NCBI GenBank assembly: GCA_964645485.1
Contig: CAZXZO010000026.1
Span: forward strand, 1 to 23,745
DNA: 23,745 nt
DNA from: an uncultured Candidatus Poseidoniales archaeon
GTDB lineage: Archaea > Thermoplasmatota > Poseidoniia > Poseidoniales > Thalassarchaeaceae
Reading direction: 5' to 3'
Part shown: positions 10,401-17,508 of the stretch, piece after piece
How positions within the stretch are numbered: the stretch's first letter is position 1
Layout: each line of letters begins with the position of its first letter
Translations under genes and position numbers: made by a program
Notes under the pieces: generated by a model
What the model was told of the DNA's origin: nothing
Databases searched by the model: none
Seen by the model: only the letters and a program-made list of their open reading frames with translations

Positions 10401-10950
10401 ACACAACATCACAGGCCTAGCCCCACAACAAAAGCAAGTGGTCGCATTCTCTTGGGAAGCATGGGATAGTGGTATGCCTGACCTCTACATCATGTGGAAC
10501 GGTGATGAGTCTGACCTGACTTTACTCCAACCCCAAATTGATGTTCAAAGAGAAGACGAAGAAGGAGGACTCTTCGGCGCAGGCAGCAACATAGGAATGA
10601 TCCTTGGGTTACTAGCCATCCTTGTTACAGGTGGCGTGGTTGCAGTTTTGGCCTTGATGATGCGCAACCGAGATGAATGGGAAGATGAGGAAGAATGGGA
10701 GAATGCAGAGGAGTATGCTGAGAAGATGCTTGGCAAAGAAGAGGTTGGTGATAGTTCTACACAACCCACTATCGTACCAGAAGATGCTCCACTACCTGAG
10801 CAAGCCCCACCACCCGGCTTGACTGATGAGGAATGGTTAACTGCCGCAAAACAGGAGTTACCAGACTGGCCCGATGATGCTCTTTTAGTCTACAGAGAGA
10901 ATGGTTGGAGTGTGGAACAACTCGTTGAATGGAAAGAGAACAACCAATAA
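4468..10950 (+). CDS. Giant secreted, C-terminally membrane-anchored surface glycoprotein (jelly-roll/MAM-like modules, Ig-like region, CARDB)
   Basis: 2160-aa ORF with GGAG RBS and signal-peptide-like N-terminus. Three related modules end in FRFRIWTD..GWYIDNI / LRYRVDTD..GLTLDRI / FRFTFASD..GWYLDNI. Many N-x-S/T sequons; DSNGDGIADENE Ca-binding-like loop; CARDB-like segment (VFIQTTIRNDG); TM helix IGMILGLLAILVTGGVVAVLALMM; acidic cytoplasmic tail. Domain names come from motif recognition, not an HMM search. Confidence 0.9.
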   Translation: MSTQRTTRFKVILILGLMILTPLSAADLSQYSGPNVVASSGNTRTVDGWSVPGNSTILDGWLNVESGNFPSLGNGSGWDGGTANANFSLGTYLDTTSTHFDELLSLSTNGSYGNIDEFNSPPLLSLASGIYTGGTGVTWLPTDLNYSGMPATGGGNTVTNGTIPATATEGNLVVGTNPNGGVPAGSNSWISGDPITLPSPIANFTFEFDHWYHIHTPSNINGNMDGVWVEYRLDSGNWTWMEPVSGYNNTISPNASVPSGTTANGTNGFPVWAKTAYSGWEHSVFELDNLTGINNATQIEFRFRIWTDTNSTVRPGWYIDNITTQNIGSGMGFWHHGCYVSTGTCGYSNNAVAALQLNQPMNLSGVTGNPILRSHLEWDLEGSGWDNFCVELSLNNNTWVDISSTSNATTTACRSRAGAIPGNGYTIGTTTYGDETNALIDLDLAIPAAFHNQSNVYLRYRVDTDGSVTNGGILDGQEGLTLDRIQVRSSSANNSTIHFDDHLTNSGTMFHYGIGTTVDDWGYVIIGAGGLHMSYGFEDSPTMPPGGWNVVDIGSGDVWEYGQLPTGGFVGPTSWSTGNYGFATDLDSDYDGSTITHLFSPGYMIPLGASARLSFDQWRIAESGYDGGAVFISVNNGSWQYFDPVMPNGSSWYDGAQNGFGGHLLANLDVFDGRQFPGTVPWETTTADLSNYSGSHVEFRFTFASDSIINEAGWYLDNIGVEVDFFENSGTWLSPTITLDELGNGFVDVSALTPNGTYVTGTITDSAGNAFDGYDNLTFPISLAGIDRDIYPTAKVQLNMGTNDPFISPLVTDVHFGAVRYFAGLDAQNGWDIDNGLVLANGNWTNPTASPLTIRGDFVTSTSPIKNVNISGVGTGVTVQLIDSMGTIIGNSALNNLISFTTPEPGYGLQFSIASSGSLTRAIGEGAFGQPTLNPEIDVTEDGTIDWTFPTSPNFGHYGWQSYIYSSDAAGQTVSGTTSSSVTSTATGSGIEVLIPEDAVVNAGAITFAPDASTTSSMILSVAGIQSVPYNSGLSEITFASLDSSMISAINSLATTYTDPGTGRDWKVVEIDFTSSLSQSIDVLSVSIGYDLTENVTGLGQQMFDYHAAQLAGSIPATVDIPLSFVSDAGAVGLDGGIIHELMITNLPFTAPDTMYPDGQVYEITTRHRHLTDNNQIGEVMLIGTASDGELLTWHVDDLSNGGNFVSNGSTMATLLPSSTVALVGGEWVVTWRFEITWFWDDVDQIDWMTKALNLTGDGLAPAFAMSGGPGKNAIENDLQIDQLEVRDQFDRIIAINWNEDFYAAGGSDIFVSGSVRFQDNANLRPLNDAYSVAINLSGTEYPANSHDNGSFSLTLTLPNNGSFNTLTSRIVRVGPASGAFGGEDKSNPMGTVEIITDVENPTSELFQVLTTNGLLDANGHVWDPYDSLTLHLTVSDVQALGDDITLHYWREGTSDDSNGDGIADENEYQTMTRPISMPGNSNEQQMQFTGFDLSSMADNSMLSLYISGTDWAGLPIESSGMPGLDNDKATMVIGIESDTVLLENSFTLNTINDHLLVGQNHQISMVIEDGNGIHTIDEIIIYLTGQSSAPAGEIHIDPRESTASSPFGSSINIGDVSIEELDESSSRVTLNFALDWQFPSTFAGNWMNPGVHVIDDTQTVANINNIGDLRWKLDNQLTVDIDMLHDLSDPISESNDSKLFLGKGDIFALTGEVIYAGSGAPIVEIPENLQLWTVMVANGVTSEATIDLTESYFNTTLEVPVGFPSTNDLPVTLEILNVPGEGGSIPYTDISLTIDSTPPVAEFLPGILASVETDRLTTVDVRINVVESGGMSDDGVEIHWVYRRGGLNLPGSSDSTIMEKDTVIGDIWSYSSLIDMTPPAHIELQEGDQLVVWLVGSDRAGNDLFGEGTADSPRAPQLIIRIFEPVVSKVEIDDLNPPMGKNVFIQTTIRNDGTTMGDTNVTLIEELDDGSFQYYESHNITGLAPQQKQVVAFSWEAWDSGMPDLYIMWNGDESDLTLLQPQIDVQREDEEGGLFGAGSNIGMILGLLAILVTGGVVAVLALMMRNRDEWEDEEEWENAEEYAEKMLGKEEVGDSSTQPTIVPEDAPLPEQAPPPGLTDEEWLTAAKQELPDWPDDALLVYRENGWSVEQLVEWKENNQ

Positions 10951-11218
10951 TTCGAATACCAGTCTGAAAAAAAACACTTCTCAAAGCAAGTGATTCCTGA
11001 TAAATCGCGCGGGAATGAAAAATTCTGCAGATTATTGTTGGTTGAGAGAAAATGTGGACCCAAAAATATTCTAAATTTGAGAAGTAGGGCCGCGCGACAA
11101 CGTTTTTTGATATCGCGGATTTGGATTTATTGAGAAACACGCGCGGCCGCGATTCAAAAACATCAAACATTATATGCCTGCGCGATTGGATGGCCGCTGA
11201 GGAAGAAATTCCTTAGGG

Positions 11219-11437
11219 ATGCACATGACACGGACGAGCTTGACTCAGCGGCGCACAGAAATAACGGGCGAAATGGTACAACTCCAGGAGCACGTCGATA
11301 AATTACGGGCAGACCTTGAAGAGCATCGAAAACTGGTAGCAACACTACTTACAATCATCATGGAGGAATCTGATGGAGTACAATCTGGAGCCGCCCCAAC
11401 AATTCCAAATCAACCTAAGCGCGGCTATTGTATGTGA
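11219..11437 (+). CDS. Small hypothetical coiled-coil protein (72 aa; alternative ATG at 11225)
   Basis: Heptad-like ITGEMVQLQEHVDKLRADLEEHRKLVATLL. Fills the gap between the giant gene and the convergent rtcB without overlap. TTATAT at 11170-11175 could be a TATA box. Confidence 0.55.
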   Translation: MHMTRTSLTQRRTEITGEMVQLQEHVDKLRADLEEHRKLVATLLTIIMEESDGVQSGAAPTIPNQPKRGYCM

Positions 11438-11456
11438 ACAACTCACAGGATTTTAG

Positions 11457-12935
11457 TTACCCTTTGATAACTGCTAGAGGACGTAATCTGACAACAGGCC
11501 TAGCGAGGCCTGCTTGAGCAGTTAATCGAATTACATCATCAACATTCTTGTATGCTTGAGGTGCTTCTTCGGCTAAAATGTTAGGAGTTCGTGTATGAAC
11601 ATGAATTCCCTTAGCCTTTAGTGATTCCAATAATTCCTCACTGTCAACACTTTTTCTCGCTGCCGCCCTAGAAAGTTGACGCCCTGCACCATGACAAGAA
11701 GATGCAAAAGCATCGTTTGAACCTGCCTTTGGACCTGCAAGAACCCAAGAGGCTGTACCCATGTCTCCGGGGATTAAGACCGGTTGACCAACACCTGAGA
11801 ACCGTGTTGCTAATTCAGAGTGGTCTCCCCCAAGAGCCCGTGTCGCGCCTTTTCGGTGTACACAGCAAGAGCAAGAAGAACCGTGAACCACATGCTCTTC
11901 CACTTTTGCAATATTGTGGCATACATCGTACACAACTTGCACATTTGCATCATCATTACCAAGATGATGGGCAAGATTATCTCGCAATCTTGTCGTTAAC
12001 GCACTGCGATTAGCGAAGGCGAAATTTCCAGCAGCCTGCATTGCGGCAAAATAATCCTGACCTTCTTTGGAATGGAATGGTGCGGCAGCTAATTGACGGT
12101 CAGGCAGGCTGATATCCCAATGTTCGCTATACCAATCATTTCCTGTTTGATGATATTTTGATTCTAACGCAGTCACATGTTCGCTACAGACTTGATGCCC
12201 TAATCCCCGTGAACCAGTGTGAATCATGGCACATATTTGACCTAGTCTAAGTCCGAATGCTTTGGCGGTTTCTTCATCTTCTACTCTATCTACAACTTGT
12301 AATTCTAAGAAATGGTTACCCGAACCAAGAGTTCCAAGAGACTTTGAGCCACGTTTCATTGCTCTTTGTGAAAGACTGTGTACGTCTGATTCTAGAATCC
12401 CATTTGATTCTATATTGCTCAAATCTTCATGCAATCCCCACCCAAGGTCTGCTGATGCTTCAGCACCACCCTCAAGGATTCCTTGTAATTCTTGATTATC
12501 CAATAGAGCACCACCTTTTCCAGATGCACCTGCTGGGATTCTGTTCGCTAGATGTTTTGCTAGCTCAGGGAGGTCTGGCAATTGGCTAATATCAAGGTCG
12601 GTAGAGCACAAACGGACGCCACAATTGATGTCAAATCCGACTCCACCGGGGGAAATCACCCCACCTTGCTCACCCCAATTCAAGTCAGTTGCCACCACTC
12701 CTCCGATTGGAAAACCGTAGCCGAAATGCCAATCTGCCATTGCCCATGCATCGCCTACAATACCTGGCAAAGTTGCCGTGTTGACTAGTTGGCCCGGGGA
12801 CCGGTCATCACCACTGACGGCTAGATGTGCTTCGTCAGCAACCAACATCGCGTCAGTCCTCATTGAGCCATATTTATTGATGCGGAACAACGCTTCGTCC
12901 ACTTTCTCAATATGTTCCGCCCATTCAACAGCCAC
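11457..12935 (-). CDS. rtcB: RNA-splicing/repair ligase RtcB
   Basis: MADWHFGYGFPIGGV, GFDINCGVR, GTLGSGNHFLE, HTGSRGLGH, HNIAK, HRKGAT, PGDMG, SCHGAGR, EEAPQAYK. GTG start with GAGGT upstream; no intein. Confidence 0.98.
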   Translation of the reverse strand: MAVEWAEHIEKVDEALFRINKYGSMRTDAMLVADEAHLAVSGDDRSPGQLVNTATLPGIVGDAWAMADWHFGYGFPIGGVVATDLNWGEQGGVISPGGVGFDINCGVRLCSTDLDISQLPDLPELAKHLANRIPAGASGKGGALLDNQELQGILEGGAEASADLGWGLHEDLSNIESNGILESDVHSLSQRAMKRGSKSLGTLGSGNHFLELQVVDRVEDEETAKAFGLRLGQICAMIHTGSRGLGHQVCSEHVTALESKYHQTGNDWYSEHWDISLPDRQLAAAPFHSKEGQDYFAAMQAAGNFAFANRSALTTRLRDNLAHHLGNDDANVQVVYDVCHNIAKVEEHVVHGSSCSCCVHRKGATRALGGDHSELATRFSGVGQPVLIPGDMGTASWVLAGPKAGSNDAFASSCHGAGRQLSRAAARKSVDSEELLESLKAKGIHVHTRTPNILAEEAPQAYKNVDDVIRLTAQAGLARPVVRLRPLAVIKG

Positions 12936-13053
12936 GACATCAACCTCTTATCTTGGGTCTGCCACAAGCCCCCTCTTCAAGCGTTTTTCGCCCAAGACTG
13001 TTAGTTGACTTCAAGAGTTGTCTCGTTTTCGCGGCAATAGAAGAGGGGTTAGC

Positions 13054-15924
13054 ATGACATTTGGTGACATTGATATCCCATTTTTCAATGATGCTGGATT
13101 CGTGCGGAAGAAGTGTCGCGTTTCGGACTTATGGTTCTGGACACGAGATAAAACCAGAGAGACTTGCGGTGACACAATAGAAGATGAATACACTTTCATT
13201 GGCAAGCCGTTGATTGCTGGGTTTCCCGAGCGTGGAAATGCACTGTTAACTAAAATGAGAGAAACATTCCTCACTTTTTTTGAAGAACAAGGCCACACTA
13301 GAATTGAACCTTACCCGGTAATTGCGCGCTGGCGAGATGACATTCACCTTACTATAGCATCAATTGCTGATTTCCAACCCGATGTAACTGGCGGCATTAT
13401 TCCTCCGCCAGCAAATCCGCTAACTATTTCGCAGCCGTGTATTAGATTGACCGATGTGGCCGCAGTTGGCCGCTCAGGTCGACATTTGACAACTTTTGAG
13501 ATGATGGCTCATCATTGTTTTAATCGCCCCAAAGATGGTGATGTTGTTTACTGGATTGACGAATGTGTACGGCTCTGTGATGATTTATTTGTGACAAGAT
13601 TAGGAATTGACCCTGACTCAATAACTTACGTAGAAAATCCCTGGTCGGGTGGCGGGAATGCTGGCCCAGCAGTAGAGGTAATTGTCGGTGGTTTAGAATT
13701 GGCAACTCTTGTTTTCATGAACCTAGAAGAGGACCCGGAGGGTGATATTGAAATCAAGGGAGAGTGCTACTCCGAAATGGAATTACAAATTATTGACACG
13801 GGATATGGTTTGGAAAGATTCTGTTGGGCGGCTGCAGGAACGCCTACAATCTACGAAGCAATTTACCCAGAAACAGTTGGTTGGCTCAGGGAATTATCAG
13901 GATTTGACTCAAAATTAGATATGATGGAAGGTATTGATTCTGACCTTCTATTGTCCGAATTATCAATGCTAGCAGGTATCCTCAACATTGACGTCGGCAC
14001 CGATGTTTCATCGCTTTACGAAAAATTGGTAGAAAGACTGGCAAGTCGTGGTGTAGATATTAGTCTAGATGACTTGAAATCCATTACCGAACCACTCTCA
14101 GCAATCTATGCGATCCCAGACCACTTACACGCTCTTTGCAATATGCTTGGAGATGGCTTGGTGCCATCAAATGTGAAAGCGGGATATCTTGCCCGCATGT
14201 TGGCCCGAAGGACTTTGAAAATGCGGGACCAAATTGGAATTGATGTTTCATTGAGGGAATTGGGCGAGCACCACTTAGATGTCAATCTAGTTGGTCGAGA
14301 ATTCACTCAAACAAGGGATGGAATCCTAACTATTCTCGAATTGGAGGAGAATCGTTACGCACAGATGTTGAAGGCCGGTGTTGCTGCTGTCAGAACCGCA
14401 CTCAAAGATGTAGACACAGATGCGGAAGAAATTGACGATGAAATCTTGTTCAACCTTGCGCAAAGCAGAGGATTGCAACCAGACATGGTTGTTGAAATCG
14501 CAAAATCAGCAGGTTGGCCTAATCTGACAGTTAGACTTGGATTGGCAGCAGATATGGCGGCGCGCCATGCTTTGCAAACAAAAGAGACTGCGCTTGGCAA
14601 AAAGACAAGTGGATTGTTCGAGGAAGGAAGCAATTTACCTGCGACTTCGTTAGATTTTTATCAGGACACATCACAATCAGAATTCAATGCAGAAGTGTTA
14701 CACTGTCAAGAATTATCAACAGATGAAATTGCAAAATTAAATCTCTCCACAGAAGTTAACGGGGTACCAACTCATGGAATCGTCTTAGACAGAACTTTGT
14801 TCTATCCAGAAGGAGGTGGGCAGTTAGGAGATTCTGGCACACTAACCAACGGAAAAACCGTGGAAGTTTTAGACTCTCGAATCAATGAAGGAGTAGTCTT
14901 CCACCTTTGTGATGGCCCTCTAGAAGGTAAAGTAGATGGGAAAATCAACGTTGAAAGGCGACTACAATTGATGGACCATCATACATCAGTCCACATTGTA
15001 GGAGGATCTGCTAGAGCAATACTCGGGCCACATATTTGGCAAGCAGGTAGTAACAAAGGGGAACGATATGCGCGCCTTGATGTAACTCATTATCAGCGGC
15101 TCACCCGCTCACAACTAGATGAAATTGAAGACCATGCTAACGAGATTATCACCCAGGATTTACCGGTAGAAAAATTAGTTTTAGACAGAGCGGATGCAGA
15201 TTCTCAATTCGGATTTGAGTTGTATCAAGGTGGACCTCCAAAACATAAGCAAATTCGTGTCATCAAAATAGGCGACCACGATGTTCAGGCTTGCGGGGGT
15301 ACGCATCACGATAAAGTAGGCCAAATTGGTGATATCAGGATAATTCGAAGCAGTGCGGTTCAAGACGGGGTGGAGCGTCTGCAAATTGTGGCAGGAGAGA
15401 CCGGACGGGAGCACGCCCGCAAACAAGAGGCGATTTTAGCCGAAGCGTCTGATGTTCTAGGAGTCAATGCAGAGGAATTACCAACTGCTGTTCAACGGTT
15501 CTTTGACGAGTGGAAATCACAACAGAAAACTATTGAAAACCTCGAGGCAGAAATCGTTAGACTGAGGACCAGTGGCGGCGGAAATGAAAGTTTCGAAAAA
15601 GACGGGGTCCGTTACGTCATAATGGAAGGGACTGGTGACATGAGACAACTTGTAGGAATGGTTGGCGAATTGACTCGTGACCAAGAAAATCCAACTGTCG
15701 CAATCCTAGGGACAAGAGATGGTGGAGGGAAACTCCTAGTTGCTATTACTGAATCTTCGATTGCTTCTGAAAAACATGATGCCGTACAAATTCTCAATTC
15801 TATATCGTCTCACATCTCAGGAGGGGGGGGAGGTAAGCCGACATTTGCTCAAGGTGGAGGTTCAAATCCAGACGGTTTAGGTGATGCTCTTGATGCGGCA
15901 AAACAATTGCTCGGACTACAGTGA
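13054..15924 (+). CDS. alaS: Alanyl-tRNA synthetase, archaeal type
   Basis: TIASIADFQP, QPCIRLTD, GRHLTTFEMMAHH, IDTGYGLERF, FYPEGGGQLGDSG, editing-site DHHTSVH and ACGGTH, DHHA1 GGGGGKPTFAQGGG. ATG 13054 (after GAGGGG) is preferred over the track's 13018. Confidence 0.98.
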   Translation: MTFGDIDIPFFNDAGFVRKKCRVSDLWFWTRDKTRETCGDTIEDEYTFIGKPLIAGFPERGNALLTKMRETFLTFFEEQGHTRIEPYPVIARWRDDIHLTIASIADFQPDVTGGIIPPPANPLTISQPCIRLTDVAAVGRSGRHLTTFEMMAHHCFNRPKDGDVVYWIDECVRLCDDLFVTRLGIDPDSITYVENPWSGGGNAGPAVEVIVGGLELATLVFMNLEEDPEGDIEIKGECYSEMELQIIDTGYGLERFCWAAAGTPTIYEAIYPETVGWLRELSGFDSKLDMMEGIDSDLLLSELSMLAGILNIDVGTDVSSLYEKLVERLASRGVDISLDDLKSITEPLSAIYAIPDHLHALCNMLGDGLVPSNVKAGYLARMLARRTLKMRDQIGIDVSLRELGEHHLDVNLVGREFTQTRDGILTILELEENRYAQMLKAGVAAVRTALKDVDTDAEEIDDEILFNLAQSRGLQPDMVVEIAKSAGWPNLTVRLGLAADMAARHALQTKETALGKKTSGLFEEGSNLPATSLDFYQDTSQSEFNAEVLHCQELSTDEIAKLNLSTEVNGVPTHGIVLDRTLFYPEGGGQLGDSGTLTNGKTVEVLDSRINEGVVFHLCDGPLEGKVDGKINVERRLQLMDHHTSVHIVGGSARAILGPHIWQAGSNKGERYARLDVTHYQRLTRSQLDEIEDHANEIITQDLPVEKLVLDRADADSQFGFELYQGGPPKHKQIRVIKIGDHDVQACGGTHHDKVGQIGDIRIIRSSAVQDGVERLQIVAGETGREHARKQEAILAEASDVLGVNAEELPTAVQRFFDEWKSQQKTIENLEAEIVRLRTSGGGNESFEKDGVRYVIMEGTGDMRQLVGMVGELTRDQENPTVAILGTRDGGGKLLVAITESSIASEKHDAVQILNSISSHISGGGGGKPTFAQGGGSNPDGLGDALDAAKQLLGLQ

Positions 15925-15957
15925 GTAACCAATAACCATTTGTTGGAGATATGTGAT

Positions 15958-16911
15958 ATGACTACGTACTCATCAACCCCATTCCCCCCAAGAAAAATAT
16001 TACCATACGAGGATTCACTCATTGTTATTGGAGTCGATGGCCAATTAGCAACAATTGATTGTGAAAGTTTAGAACAAAAAGGTGGCGTAGTGCAGCCTTT
16101 TCCTAGTCCAATAGAAGACGCCACCATTGTTGAGAACAAGCTGATTGCAACTTGGGTCCTGCCTGAATTATCATTAGCCCGGATGGCTGCATTACCTTTG
16201 AATAAAGAATTCACTAACGGAATTGACAAGAGTTTGTTACGAGTTAAGCAGAATAGAAGAGGACAAGATGTCCCTGTAGCAGGTGCAGATTGGAGCCACT
16301 CATTAGACGCTGAACCACTCGGAATTACTTCCCATGAAGGGTTAATTTGTTTTGCAAACTATAATCGAGGAGTATATTGTATAGACTCTGATTCAAGAGA
16401 AATTTGGAGGATTAAAGAAATAAAATGGCTGAGCCAAAAACACATTGAAGATGCGTCAGTCATTCATGCAGTAACAACAGGACCACATCCCTCTAACAAA
16501 AATGAACAAAGTGTCTGGTTATGGGGGCACGGTTCAGGATGGGTTGCTTTAGAATGGGATACTGGTGAAATCATTGCCCAAGGAACTTTGGAGAATAAAG
16601 GAATTCTTGACCAAGTAAGAACTGACCAGCAAGGTGGTTGGTTAATTGGCTTTGAGAGTGGTGAAATCATCAAATGGGACCCCGAAAATAATTCCGAGGA
16701 AAAAATTGAAGGAGGGCCGTTTTGTGATGCGATTTTCTCAAAAGGTGTATGGGATATTCTCGGCTGGCGTGAAAACATAACTTGGAATGGAAACCAAGTA
16801 AGTAAAACCCCAAGGAAGAACTTGGGTGTCAGTTTGTTGAACCACGAAAAATTCGGCTTGTTGGCCTTGAATAATTCAGGTGAATGGGTGGCTTTTAGCC
16901 ACTCTTGCTGA
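15958..16911 (+). CDS. Hypothetical protein, probable PQQ-like beta-propeller
   Basis: Trp/Gly-rich beta-strand repeats (GVYCIDSDSREIWRI; GWVALEWDTGEII; GEIIKWDPE). Co-oriented 33 nt after the alaS stop. ATG 15958 follows GGAG (the track starts at TTG 15940). Confidence 0.7.
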   Translation: MTTYSSTPFPPRKILPYEDSLIVIGVDGQLATIDCESLEQKGGVVQPFPSPIEDATIVENKLIATWVLPELSLARMAALPLNKEFTNGIDKSLLRVKQNRRGQDVPVAGADWSHSLDAEPLGITSHEGLICFANYNRGVYCIDSDSREIWRIKEIKWLSQKHIEDASVIHAVTTGPHPSNKNEQSVWLWGHGSGWVALEWDTGEIIAQGTLENKGILDQVRTDQQGGWLIGFESGEIIKWDPENNSEEKIEGGPFCDAIFSKGVWDILGWRENITWNGNQVSKTPRKNLGVSLLNHEKFGLLALNNSGEWVAFSHSC

Positions 16912-16914
16912 TTC

Positions 16915-17130
16915 TCACTCTTCTTCGGAGGTGGCTTCTGTTGGTGCTTGTTCTGTAGATTCAGTTGCTACTGGTTCAATAGATGGGCTAGCATCATAAC
17001 CACAGCGACCACAGGTTGAGCGGTTGGAATGATTTGCCAAAAATACGCCTGGACCACAGATCTTGCAATGCGCATTCTTACGAACTAATTTGCCATCTTC
17101 AACAGAATAAAGGCTTGAACGGTTTGACAT
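16915..17130 (-). CDS. rps27ae: 30S ribosomal protein S27ae (eS31) with acidic C-terminal extension
   Basis: [39 protein letters not shown] zinc-finger signature; TAATG overlap with the rps24e stop. Confidence 0.96.
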   Translation of the reverse strand: MSNRSSLYSVEDGKLVRKNAHCKICGPGVFLANHSNRSTCGRCGYDASPSIEPVATESTEQAPTEATSEEE

Positions 17131-17495
17131 TATTCTTCACCTCCCGAAACATCATCTTCAGTTTCAATTTCTGCGGGTGGTGCAACATCTGGCACCTCAG
17201 CAGGTGCCTCTTCTTCCACAACAACAACACCATGTCTATCAAGAATGTATTGAGGTTCAATTTGCATTGCTTCTGGTGAATCATAAATGAACGCCAGTCC
17301 AGTAGTCAAAGGTTGACCGAACCGTGTGTTCACATCTTTTACGACAACATTTGACGCTGATGAACCCGGTTCAAGTGATGCAACTTTGCTTCGCAAGTTA
17401 CTCCGGCTTGGAGTTGCTGATTGTTCATGCCGCAACTGAAATCTGATTTCGATACGACTCAATAATGAATTTTCTTTTCTGTCTACTATTTCCAT
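17130..17495 (-). CDS. rps24e: 30S ribosomal protein S24e (eS24) with acidic C-terminal extension
   Basis: [31 protein letters not shown] motifs. ATG 17495 with GGAGG RBS is preferred over the track's 17519. Confidence 0.95.
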   Translation of the reverse strand: MEIVDRKENSLLSRIEIRFQLRHEQSATPSRSNLRSKVASLEPGSSASNVVVKDVNTRFGQPLTTGLAFIYDSPEAMQIEPQYILDRHGVVVVEEEAPAEVPDVAPPAEIETEDDVSGGEE

Positions 17496-17508
17496 AATAA
17501 TTCCTCCT

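Noticed and set aside
4468-10950. Metalloprotease (M6/M36-type) activity of the giant protein
   Set aside because: No HExxH motif found; the closest, HELMI, lacks the second His.
11420-11437. Proteasome-docking HbYX or CaaX motif at the end of the 72-aa protein
   Set aside because: The terminus is G-Y-C-M: Tyr is third from last and Cys second from last, fitting neither motif.
11457-12935. RtcB as part of an RNA-repair/defence module (Ro60, RtcA, RtcR, toxin)
   Set aside because: No such partner genes are adjacent; an ordinary archaeal tRNA-splicing ligase explains it.
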